This document shows, piece after piece, positions 10,780 through 22,359 of a stretch of DNA of 46,025 bases; the stretch's first letter is position 1, and each line of letters starts with the position of its first letter. The notes beneath the pieces are model-generated. The model searched no databases, had not been told where the DNA came from, and saw nothing but the letters and a program-made list of their open reading frames with translations. The translations under genes and the position numbers were made by a program. This DNA is from Psammoneis japonica (lineage: Eukaryota), in NCBI GenBank assembly GCA_008632985.1, contig QPGO01000353.1, positions 1-46,025 on the forward strand, written 5' to 3'.

Positions 10780-13760
10780 TGCGTGGGACAATTTGGAGGG
10801 AATGTCTTTATCCCTTTATAAAGGCAGGACATTGTCACAGGATTCAATTCTACAGCAAGTCGGCTGATCGCATCTGTCCCAACGACGTTCGCCTTGCCCT
10901 CGATGCATGTCATTTCGGGACTGCAGTTTTCTATTGTAAGTTGCCAACGCATGACTTTGTCCGTTGTGTCTTAATCCACACATGTTGATCTGTTGGCCAA
11001 ACAGCATTTTTTTCCATTGGAACGTATGACATTGAAATTCGTGTGTGATGACAACACAGTTTTTGATTTGACATGCTCCACATTTTTGGAGACTTTTCAT
11101 TCCGCACTTGTGCTTTTGCCGTTTGACCTTCATTGAGGTGAATTTGGCCAGTGTCGCACAGGAGATTGTTGAGACTACATGTCTCGATAGCAGCAACGTA
11201 TGATGACGAGATGTCGCAGTGTTCTTCATGTTTTTCTCAGTGTTGTGATTGCCTGAATCGTCTCCATTTTCTTTGCAATCGAATGCATGTCATCACGCAT
11301 GGAAGTCTTGACAGTTCATTTCAAGTTGACTTTTTGTTGTTAACCTTCTAAGTGACTGTTCTAGTCGTGTGAAGCCGTTTCAAGCTTTTCTTGTGCAGGT
11401 GACATTTTTGAAGTCACTTTTTGTCAGGCACAGATGATCATGTGTGGTCGTTCTGACAACTTCAAACCTGTCATGAGTTCACTCATGTTTTGTGTGAAAA
11501 TGTTTGGGGCTCTGTGGCTTCTCACAGGAAGTCCACAGCACTTGTTTTCTCCCCACAGCATGATTTTCGAGTTGGCATGACATGTGCTTTTTTAATTTGA
11601 TGTGACAGTGTCCCACACTCAAATCAAATGAGGCTGTCCACACGAACCTTTTAGTTTCTGAAGCATGTTCTGAACACTTGGCAGAGGATGCGGTGCACAC
11701 ACTGGCCTCTTGTTCAGTTCACGAAAGTCGGACAGAAACTGAGATTCAACCATCTTTCTATTTTTTTAAGGTTGGAGCTGTCTGTTCAGAATGGTTTGTT
11801 TTTCTTTGGGACTTTTAGCTTACAGAGCCTTTCAATCTCCTTACAATTCACCTCCAAGGCTTGTGGAACATGAAACCTTTCATGTGACACGGTTTCAAGC
11901 CAGGTTTCACTGCGAGGTTTTCCGGTCCACTCACCCAGAGAACCACTGAAAAGGGATTTAGATCTTTTAAAAGGGAAGATCAATGGCTTCTGCTCCTCTG
12001 GAGTCAGATGAGTTGCCACAGCTGTCACATCATTGGGTTTGGCAGCGTGACAATGTGAGTCGAGGACCACTGGTTCTGTCACCAACTCTGTTCACAGCAT
12101 CATGTTTTTCAATGTGATCGGCACTCAGCTGGAAAACATTGGCTTCGAAGAGTGGATCAACATTCTTCATAGATGCAGTTGCTTCTTCCTCTTTAATTTC
12201 TTCAGTTGTGTGGTCCAATGTGATTTCAAGACTGGACATTAAGTCGCGTCTCATGATCATGTCATGTGAACTTGAAGAAGATTTTGTGTCATCAACATGT
12301 GCTGTTTGAATGTCAGCATGTCTTAAATTTGCATGGTGAGAACTGAATTCGGTGTTTGCTGTTAGTCATAAAGAGCTCACCCTTGGTTTCCCAAGTTTTT
12401 GGTGGCAGGTTCTTGTGTGCTCACTTTCGTACGAATTTGCGCAAAATTGTGGTTGATGATGTTCTGTTGTCGACAGGAACACGTGGATGCTCATTTCTCT
12501 CCTTCCCCAAGGAAGCATTCACACAAATGATGACTCCTGGACCAGTGTGAATTATTTCTGCCTGTTTTCTAGGCTTCCCAACATCCAGCAGAGCACATAA
12601 TTTGTGAATGGACCCAAATTGTTCTTCGGATTCACTCTGGATCATCTGATCAAATTGGCAATTTTCTTCACTGAGGGTGTCAGAATCCAATTCCTTGCCC
12701 TTGTGCTCTTTTTCTTTGTTTGAGGAACTCACTTTGAGCATTTTCTGAACTGCCTGATCAATCATGACATTCAACTCTTTTTTTGCAAGCGGCATTTTCG
12801 TTGTCGCGATGAGACCACAATTGCCATTTGAATGGCGCATTTTTGGGTCTCTTTCAGAGTCACCCTTGCACTCTTTTGCTGGTTCATTTTCAGAACAGCT
12901 TCAATCCGTGGTGTGGGTGTTCTTTTTTTCAATGATTGCACCTTTCGTTCACTTTGGATCATTCAGGCACCATGTGGGAGACCATTTTTGGAACCAAATT
13001 TAGAGCCATTTTGGTTTTGGAATCAACTCCGCTGTCAGAGCCTGATTTGATGTGGTTTGTTGTCACACACATCATGAACGACTTCCAGACAACTCAAAAC
13101 TCAATCAGCTCATCAAGAGCATGTTCCAACAGTTCAGTGTTTTGCACAGTCGACTGATGCCGCCATCCCTGTGGTGCGAGTGATGGCCAACAGCTCACAG
13201 CTCGGTTTCCCACTAGATTCAACTTAGAATCGATTGAAGGGTCACACAGACGCTCTTCATTGACCTCTTGGGTCCAATGGGCACTCTCTTGCTGCTGAGA
13301 GCCTTTGGTTTCTTCAGATCATCTCAAAAACAACAACTCTGATTCTGAAGTGCAGTTGCTCCAAAGACATGAGATGAGAGACACTTGAGGCACTTTTCAA
13401 TTCTTTCTTCTTGGTCTTCAGACTCGAGGCTCGTTGATTCGGTCTCCCAATTCTCTCCAACAGTCTCTCCTTGCACAGCAGATGCATTTCTTGGACCTGA
13501 TTGACTCATGACCTGAAATTCTGTCCAGTCATGACTTGGTGTAGATGTTTTGACAATGCTGTGCACTTGCAGAGTCCTTGGTCCTGAGGCACTTGAAATG
13601 GATGGCATTAGAACGAATCCTTTTGTCTTGAAGATGAAAAATGGGGTTCCATCTTGAGGCACTGCTCGGATTGAGCTGCTTCTGCTCAGAAATCGATTCC
13701 AGCAGAACCAACGCATTTCACACCTGCTCATGGAAGAATTCACAAAGGCACATCAGTTGA
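10780..13760 (-). pseudogene. pol: gypsy gag-pol pseudogene (gag, protease, RT, RNase H)
   Basis: Protease-like RVPVDNRTSSTT and HDMIMRRDLM; LFSGSLGEWTGKP; KEIERLCKL; RT FDLSVGHCHIKL (LDL.MGYYHI.L); RNase H end MRWQLTIENCSPEMTCIEGKANVVGTDAISRL. Confidence 0.8.
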
Positions 13761-13806
13761 AATTTTCATTTTCCATGTTTTTACCTTCTGTGGTGTGTGT
13801 GCACAA

Positions 13807-14168
13807 TGCACCATGCTCGAAGAACGAGCACAAACGAAAGTAGAATCAAGTGTGAAAAGTGAAAATTGTGAGATTAAATTTTGCTCTGTGATTTTTTGGT
13901 TTCTCCGAACGAGTTCTCAATGGCCTGAAGCTTCTGCACTGCTTCTGCAGACAAAAGGCCTTTTGGAGAATTTGTTCGTGACAACAGATTGTCCGAGTGC
14001 AATTGCTGTTGACACGCAAGATGTCAACACCCGATCGCACTTGCAATTTTCGACTTCCCATCAACTCTGTGTGATCGTTCTGTCCTTTGCACGCATCCAT
14101 GACTGTGGTGTGATTGACATGCAAACAACACATGCTTGTAAACATGCACACAACAGTCGCATGCTGCA
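13807..14168 (-). repeat. gypsy 5' LTR (362 bp)
   Basis: Direct repeat of 8777-9144, directly upstream of gag on minus. Confidence 0.9.
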
Positions 14169-15454
14169 ATGTCATGCCAACACTTTTGGTGGAGGCGAGC
14201 GAGATCGATCGACAAATGCTCATGTCACAAGGACAAAATCGTCTTACACAATGGCGGTTAGAAAAAAAACTCTGTGACAGATTGGCACATGATCACACAG
14301 TGTCCACTTCACACTGGCAAAAAACAATCTCACAACACCCACACGGTTGTGTCATACAATGTACGAGGCAAGACACAAACAACTTGTCATGTCAACACAC
14401 GAGATGTGCCAAAGATTCAGAAAAAGAAAAGAAAAATGGACATCATTTATCCACTTCTTAGTGCACGGAAGCAGTGCCTTCGGAAAGACAAAATGACACC
14501 GGTGTGTCAAAAAGAAACGTCCAAACAATGATTAAAATCCAACTGACAGATGTTTGAAGTACAAAAAATCCACAATGGAGTTCACAACCATCACAGGATT
14601 GATTGTCAAGACAAAATGGTTGTGTCCTTGACCATGGTTAATTGCCACTTATGAAATGTGGCAGTGCAGCAGAGCAATGTGGCATGTAAAGCAAGCCGGC
14701 CAAACTGCACGAAACCCACAAACAAGCAAGTGAACACCAATTGAGAGCACGCATCGAGCACTGGGCAAAATGCTGTGTGCAATTGATGCCATGAAAGAAC
14801 AGCAGGACAATTGGTCCTTGTGTCCACATGAACAAAATAACATCAGAGAGAATGCTCGATGCAACACCGCACACATGCACACATGCATGCACAGAGGGTG
14901 AGACAAACCATGACACTCTCGAAAGACATTTGGAAATTGAAACGGCCCCATGCTGGCCTGTGTAAAACAACAACAGCAATTGCCAATGGCACAATGCAGT
15001 TAACGTGGAGACATCATTGATGGTGTCAATGTCCGTTGAATTGTTCCACTTAACGAACAACTCCAATGTGCAATTAGGGAGGCAAATGCAGCATGTGATT
15101 GTCACATTCACACTTAAAATTGCATGTTATTTGTGTGTCAATCGCACCACAGTCGTGGATGCGTACAAAGGACAGAATGATCACACAGAGTTGATCGGAA
15201 GTCGAAAATTGCAAATACGATCAATTGACCATGTTGACATCTTACGTGTCAACAGCAATCATGTCCGGACAATCTGTTGTCATGAACATGTCATCCAAAA
15301 GGCCTTTTAGTCTGTGGGACTGGTGCAAAAGCTTCAGGCCACTGAGAACTCATTCGGAGAAACCAAAAATCACAGAGCAAAATTTAATCTCAATTTTTCC
15401 AATTTTTGTGCTTTACTCCACTTTAGTTTACACTCGTTCTTCGAGCACATTGCA
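14169..15454 (+). mobile_element. gypsy host copy, 3' UTR + PPT + 3' LTR (15087-15454)
   Basis: Reverse complement of 8777-10780 without the MITE; PPT AGGGAGGCAAA then TGCAGC at 15087; LTR ends ...TGCA at 15454. Confidence 0.88.
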
Positions 15455-15559
15455 CTGCATGCATCCTGTGTAGACCCTTCACACAAGGTGAGTCACTTGC
15501 TTGATGGCCAGTTGTGATGGTCTCAGTTGCGTGGATCTCCTGCAGCACATCATGGGTCT

Positions 15560-18500
15560 TGTGCTTGAGGAGTCATGCACACTGGAAAGCCTCTGTGCTT
15601 CATTTCCTCAAGCAGCTCCATGAGAGGCGTTGCACTTCCCAATGGAACCAAAACTGACAAGGAATTTGTCAACATGCTCGAAGACAACATCCGCAATCAT
15701 GGTGCCCCATCCAAGCTCATCCGCCACAGTGCTCAGGTTGAGATCAGCAACAAAGTTCTTGGCATCCTGTGTGCCCACTTCATCTCTGGTTGGCAAAGCA
15801 AGCCCCACCAACAGCACCAGAATTTTGCTGAACACCACCACCAAACTGTGAAGACCATGGCCAACACCATCATGGATTGCTTTGGATCTCCGGCCTGCAC
15901 CTGGCTGCTGGCCCTGATGTGCATGTGTTTGTGCTCAACCACAAGGCATCTGCCAAGCTTTGCTGGTTTAACCCCACCGAGGTGCTGTCCGGCTCTGCCC
16001 ACAACATCAGCCCGCTCCTGCACTTTCAATGGTGGGAACCCATGTGCTGCCACCTCAATGACTCTGACTGGCCGTCTGAATCACGCGAGTTGCGCGGCGG
16101 CTTCTTTGGCATTGCCAAACATGCTGGTCATCACATGACATTCAAGATTCTTTCTGACAACACTCAGAAGATTCTCTGCCACTTGAACGTGCATTCCGCC
16201 CATGAAACATCTGCTCCCAACCTGCATCTTGATCCTCCTGACAAGGAATCTGCTGAACCCGTCATCAAATCCTGACATGACTCCAAGGATTCACCGGATT
16301 CATCAGATGGGGAGGCAATCAGGATGCCTAAAATGCCGGTCTTTGACCCAAGGACATCATTGGACACACCTTCCTCATGAAGCCACAAGAGGACAGACAA
16401 TGCCACAGAGCTGGCATTGTCAAAGCTGTTGAAGACCATGACTGGAAAATCAGAGAAAACCCCAAACTGGTCAAGTTCATTTGCTCCATCAACAATGATG
16501 AACATGAGGAAGTCCTGGCCTGCAATGACATCATGCACCACATCAAGCAAGAAGACAAGGACACTGCCTTCTGGAAGTTCCGATGCATTGCATTGCATGA
16601 AGGACCATTGTGACCCCATGATCCCTCTTGGAAAGGCTCAAGCTACAATGTCATGCTTGAATGGGAGAATGGGGAGATCACATCTGAACCCCTTGTTGTC
16701 ATTGCCAAGGACGACCCCGTCACATGTGGTCACATGTGCCATTTGCACATGCAAACATGGTTTGCTCAAGACCGATGGCTGGAAACGCTTTTGCAAGACA
16801 GCTCTGCATCAGAAGAATCTGTTCCGCATGGCCAATCAAGCCAAGTTGCACTCCTTTTGCACTGCACCACACTGCAAGTGCCTGTGTGAAGTGCCTTGGG
16901 ACTGCAAGCACGCCTTGGCCCTCGATGAGCACAATGGCAACCGCAAGTGGGGAGATGCAACAGACCTCGAGATGACTCAGCTTGATGAGCACAAGGTCTT
17001 CCATGACTGCAGAAATCACAAGGATTCCAGTGCTCCACCAGGACACAAGAAGATTTTGGAGCATCTTGTCTACGATGTCAAACATGAAGGACAGCACAAA
17101 GCAAGGCTTGTTGCCAACCGACACCTCACAGACGTGCCCGTTGACAGTGTCCATTCTGAAGCAGTGTCTCTCCACGGCCTGCGAATGATGATCTTCCTGG
17201 CCAAACTCAACAAACTGGAGACTTGGGCTGCCAACATTGGGAATGCCTGTCTCAAAGCTGCGATCAAGGAGAAGCTGTGCATTGCAGCAGGCCCTGAATT
17301 TGGTGAGCTGGATGGACACATCCTTGTCATCCACAAGGCCTCACATGGACTCTGCAGCTCTGGCCTCAGATGGCATGAATGCTTTGCCAATTGCTTGCAT
17401 GCTGAAGTTTTCTTCTGATGCAAAGCCAAACCCAACATCTGGCTGTGTGGGAATGGTGACCATTGCGAGTGCGTGGCAGTGCATGTGGACTGCCTGGCCT
17501 TTGCCATGAAGGAACCCCAGGCTTTTGCAGACACTCTCATGGAGAAGCACAAGTTCATGCTCAAGGGCACTGGACCATTGGAGTCCCATCTTGGTTGTGA
17601 CTTCACCCGTGATCCAGACTGCACCCTGTGCCTTGCTCCTCACAAGCATGTTGAGCGCATGGTTGACAGCTGTGCATGCCTCTTTGGGGAGAAGCCCCAC
17701 ACTGATGTGCTTTCACCCCTTGACAAGGGAGACCACCCTGAGTTCGACACCTCCAAATTGCTCGAACCGGAGGGCATCCACCAATTCCAACCCTTGATTG
17801 GTTCCCTGAAATGGGCCACATCTCTTGGTTGCATTGACATTGCTTTGGCTGTCATGTCTCTGTCTGGCTTCCATGCAGCGCCCCATCAAGGCCACCTGCT
17901 AGACTGTGCCAAATGCATCTGCGGATTCCTCTCCAAGATGCATCATGGTGCCCTCCAAGTGCACACCGAGGAGCCCGACTGTTTGGACCTTCCCAAGCCC
18001 ATGCATGACTGGGCCCAATCAGTGCATGGGGAGGCAGAAGAGCTGCTTGGCAAGTTTGTCACCACAACACACTGCATTGATGCAAACTTGTTCCATTGCA
18101 TGCTCACTGGATGCTCTGTCACTGGCATTCTCAATTTCCTCAACAAGTTCCCGGCTGATTGGTTCTCCAAGAAACAAGCAACAGTCAAGACTGCTGCGCA
18201 TGGATCTGAGTTTGTTGCCGCAAGGACGTGCATTGAGCAGATCATTGATCTCCACACATTGCTTTGCATTGCCTTGGCATCCCCATTCGTGAAACATGTT
18301 GCATGTTTGGGGACAACAAGTCGGTTGTGGACAGTGCTGCCATCCCAAAATCCAAGTTGTGCCGCCCTCTCATTCCATCGTGTGTGTGAGGCGATTGCTT
18401 CCAGTTTCCTTGAGTTTCATTCATTTCATTGAAGGTTCCCGCAACCCTTCTGACATCCTCAGCAAGCATTGGGGTCACTCCCAAGTCTGGAACCTCCTTT

Positions 18501-18700
18501 GTCCTCTGATGTTTTGGAACTTCAATCCCGAGGCTGTCAACCAATCTGACCTTGAATCTGTTGCTGTTGACCCCTCAAGCAAACTGGGGAGTGACAGGAT
18601 TTGAACAAGACTTCAGTTCATCACACACAATTGTGTGTGCTCTTAGTTTCGCGCTGGTCACGTGATGTGGTTTGCTTTCAAGCCACATGGCTCACAAGAA
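15560..18700 (+). mobile_element. Ty1/copia (CoDi-like) element, 5'-truncated: integrase-RT-RNase H pseudogene plus start of 3' LTR
   Basis: Integrase FVNMLEDNIR...GAPSKLI...QSKPHQQHQNFAE; RT YDVKHEGQHKARLVA, IGNACL; RNase H CIDANL...SVTG...TAAHGSEFVAAR...NPSDILSKHW; PPT-like GGGGAG then TG at ~18592. Outer limits approximate. Confidence 0.85.
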
Positions 18701-18869
18701 CAATGACAGCAGTGCCGACATCAATGACACCAGTCTTTCGGCTCCTGCAACGGTCTCTGCATGGAGACTCATCTGCCATTTAGACAGCAGCAAGGAGTTG
18801 TTGTTTTCTTCCACCCAGTCATCTTCAATTTCTGTCACTGTGCACAAAAGAAGTGTTGCAACTTGCTCA

Positions 18870-20222
18870 AACTGACCTGATTTGGAAGAAATTGTCTGAC
18901 TGCAGTTGCATGGTGCAGGATGGACAACTTTGCTCAGCCTCTTTTAAGGACAAGATTGTCATTCCTGCAGCTCTGCAAGCACCTCTGTCAAGTTGGTGTC
19001 ATGTCAATTTGTACCATCCAGGCATCCAATGGATGGAAAAGACCTTCAGACAGCACTGCCAATCTTGGCAGGGTTTGACCCGAGTTGTCAAGACCAAGAT
19101 GGGTCAATGCCAGACCTGTTTGAGGTCAAAAGAGAACCACAGAGTGTGTGGAAAGACACCTCTCAAGGACATGCAAGCCATTCAGATTGACCCCAGGTCA
19201 CAGGCAGCAGTCCACACCATCAAAACAATTGCCTTTGCTGCTGGCACCAGTGCCAACCACCAAAGTTTGGCACTGACTGCCCTTGCGATGGTGGACATGG
19301 CTGCTTGCTGTTTTGGAGCAGAACAAATTTCCACAGTCTCAGCTCTGGAAACAGCCAGAGAATTCAACCAAGCATGGTCGTGCAATTTTCCACACCTGGT
19401 CTGTTGCACACATGGCAACAGTGCAGAATTTGCAGGCATTGAATTTCAAGAACCACTGGTTTCTCATGAGAACAAGTCCAAGCCTGTGACAGCACAGAAC
19501 CCACAAGCAAATTCACTGCTTGAATGGACCCACAATGTTTTATGGAGCCACACACAGGCCCAACAAGTTGATGATCCTGATGCACTCAATCAACTGAATC
19601 CGTGGAATGCCACAACAGCCTTGGCAACTTGGGCAACAAATTTGATGGTGCGCACTGTCATGCAAGCTTCTGCTGGCCAACTTGCTTTTGGACGTGACAT
19701 GATCCTTCCTCACAATGCAACATCCACTGGCCAACCATCTGTGCTTGCCACCAACAACAAGCTCAAGCAGATGATGCATGTGAGAACTCTTGGCAACTCA
19801 ACCATGACTCCAAAGTGGGAGACCTTGTTTCTCTCCATGATGACAACCCTCGTTGATCCAAACTCACCTTGCACCAACTTGGCCCACGTGAAATGCATGA
19901 AACAAAGTCCAGCGGCACTGTCATCATCCAAAAAGGAAGCTGCCTTGAGACCACAAATGCTCGGCATCTCATTCCTTTCTCTCCCTGATGTGATTCTTTG
20001 GAGGAGGTGCATGTCACATTGTGCTCATGACCAGAGAACAGCAGATGTCAAAAGAACAACAGAGAATGACAGACAGAGTCACACGTGCATCTTCTTGAAC
20101 GTGCGTCAAGAGATGTGCACATGCTGCATGAACAATTGTCTTGACATCTTCCTCCCAAGCAAACTGAGAAAATTTCTGAGGGCTCATTTCAGCTGCGAGA
20201 GGGAGGGACAGATGCTCTCCAT
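18870..20222 (+). mobile_element. Ty3/gypsy integrase remnant with PPT and probable LTR stub
   Basis: KIVIPAALQ...WCHVNLYHPG...CQTC (HHCC), AMVD, HGNSAEF, VTAQNPQANSLLE, ASAGQLAFGRDMI; purine tract GGAGGAGG near 20000. Confidence 0.8.
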
Positions 20223-21365
20223 GTCACCCACACCCTTGAACAGATTGGAGTGCCAATGGCATTCTTTGATGCAACTCATTGCTGCCTGCCAAGGCTGCAG
20301 CAGCAGCTGCAATTTGATGCCAAGAGAGCAACATGTGCCATGTTGTTGTGGCTGGTGTCCCCCCAGTTGCTGCCAGAGGTGCGCGGCTGGCACCACCCAA
20401 GACCCGCCACGAGAAATGGATGGCCAAAGGTGCCATTTGGAAGGCAAGTGCGCAGACCTCCTCAACCACCACTTCGCCAATGGAGCCACTCCAGTGCCCT
20501 CTGCCACACTGCCCAAGCACATTGTCGACCTTGGCAACGTGGCACCCAGGGTTTTCTTGGCCTTGGTGAACCATGAGACGGGATGCAGGGTTGCTTGCAT
20601 GCCATCAGCACACATTTGTGACCCCGTTGCCATCTTGCCATGGGATGGATGTGTGCTTCATTCCCAGGGGTGTGTGTTGCCAGGCAACTTCATCAACGTT
20701 TTGGAATTGCCCAGCGCCCCATTCAACCTGGCTGGGCCCCAAGCAGCACCCGCTGCAACCAACACCCAGCTGATGAGAATGACCTCATTCCACCGCAGAC
20801 AGATGGCACAAACATTCAGCACCTGATCCAGGTGCCAAACGCATGTGTTCACCTGGTGTCCTCTGGAGATCTCACGCCATTGCAGGCATGGCGGGAACCA
20901 GGAGGCATGATCCAGAATGATGGGCATGCTCTGGCAACCTGGGCCCCCCAGTTGATTGGCTTTGAGCTGGGAGTCACCTCAAACCTGTTGAAAGTCAAAG
21001 CTGTCCCATCATGCTCGTGCGTGCAGGCATGGCACATCTGATTCCCACTGCCGACTCTGGTGAAATGGACCTTTTCATCCCCCACAACACATGTTGGTTG
21101 AGCACATTGCAGTTGCCTTTTCATCAGATTAAATTGTTCAGAAACGGATGTTTGTCGGGGTTGTCGAATGTAGGTGGGGCGACTTCGTCAAGCAAGTGAC
21201 CTCAACCCGTTTCCGGGTTGCCGGTTCAAGCACGTGTGTACGGAAAAAGGGAGGGACTCGAACCCCCGGCCTCGTCCTACGATCGGCGAAGCTCTGCCAC
21301 TGAGCTTGCCTTTTCACTGACACGTTGGGGACCAATCAGAGCATCTAATTTGTTCTGAGTGCTGG
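20223..21365 (+). repeat. split-repeat element, left part: block Y (20223-21151) + block B (21148-21365)
   Basis: Y is near-identical to 27211-28138 and B to 26694-26911. Y carries a frameshifted ORF (HLEGKCADLLNHHF...VFLALV...PWDG...GNFINVLELPSAPF) that I recall resembling ORF1 of diatom DIRS/Ngaro-type elements; that assignment is tentative. Confidence 0.75.
21243..21315 (-). ncRNA. tRNA-like cloverleaf (73 nt), copy 1; pseudo-tRNA or SINE-like head
   Basis: GAAAAGG CAA GCTC AGTGGCA GAGC T TCGCC GATCGTA GGACGA GGCC GGGGG TTCGAGT CCCTC CCTTTTT C: 7-bp acceptor, perfect D arm, canonical T arm, bulged anticodon stem. Confidence 0.75.
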
Positions 21366-22359
21366 CCACCGGCGAGAAAATGTGGACACTGACGGGACTC
21401 GCGTACATCCACGTGGAAGCAACACCAGGAAAGTGTTCGCAGATGGACACTGAAACACCACAAAACACGATGATCGTTGATGACACTGCTGTTGTGCCAG
21501 TCTTACGATAATTTCCACTCATTTTTTGCGTTGACATGATCACTCGTCTCATGAAGGACTTGCTTGCATCTTGGTTTGGTTGAAACAGAGGGTGAAATGT
21601 TGTTTGCGAGGTGAGTGCATTTGCTGCTCGAACTCGTGACTCGATCATGTTTCTGCCAGATGATTTGATGTGGTGGACTCGATGCCTCTCTTCAACATTC
21701 GTTCACACGTTTGGCACTTCTAATCTGTTGTTGGCACTGTCATGTTGCTTTTGCCGTGATGTTGTTTCAGCAGGTTTGATTTTCGGATTTTGGTGTGCCG
21801 TTTTGGGTTGCACATGTCAGGGTCAAATCTGGAGTTGGGGGGGGTGGTCAAAAACGCATTGAGCATGCATCCAACACAATTGTTTTGGCCACAGATGCAA
21901 CTCACAACGATCGTGTGCATGTTGAATGAGGAATTGACGATTTTGTTGCATTGACAACCGTCATCTTGGAGCCGCTCTACTGACACATGAGCTTGTCACG
22001 TCATTGCGGCGCAAAAAGTGAGACTGAGTCGGATGAGTTGATGGTGTGAACGATGATTTGCTTGAATGGCCATTGAAATGGCTTCACACGTTTGTTCAGA
22101 CTCGTGGGTGAGTGTTGTAAATCACTCTGTTGATGTTCAACCGGAACAACATTTTTGCACGCCTTTTTCACATTGCTCAATTTCTGTTCTGCCTTGGTTG
22201 CCACACAGCAGGCACTGAAGAAGCGCCTCGGCGATTCAAGAACAATGTTCAAATGCGCAAGAGCCTGCGTTTTCAATGTGACAGTATGTTGGTGAACGGC
22301 CTGGCTAAACACACAGCGTGAATTACTGCCACATTCCCGCAAATGGCAAGTTTTGGGAT

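Larger units (their letters stand above)
8777..14168 (-). mobile_element. Ty3/gypsy LTR retrotransposon with both LTRs, degenerate, no recognisable integrase
   Basis: LTRs 13807-14168 and 8777-9144, each TGCA...TGCA; PPT AGGGAGGCAAG immediately before the 3' LTR (rc of 9145-9155); flanks ACAT/ATGT read as a mutated 4-bp TSD; gag-pol on minus. Confidence 0.88.

Noticed and set aside
13807..15454. Foldback element with 370-bp TIRs
   Set aside because: The inverted pair are LTRs of two oppositely oriented gypsy copies, as shown by the PPTs and the TSD.
18853..20826. 657-aa ORF as an integrase fusion protein
   Set aside because: It reads through from gypsy integrase and LTR into unrelated block Y; explained by stop-codon loss.
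21243..21315. Functional tRNA-Arg(TCG) gene
   Set aside because: The anticodon loop lacks U33 and a purine at 37, the stem is bulged, and a T5 run lies inside the acceptor strand. Kept only as tRNA-like.
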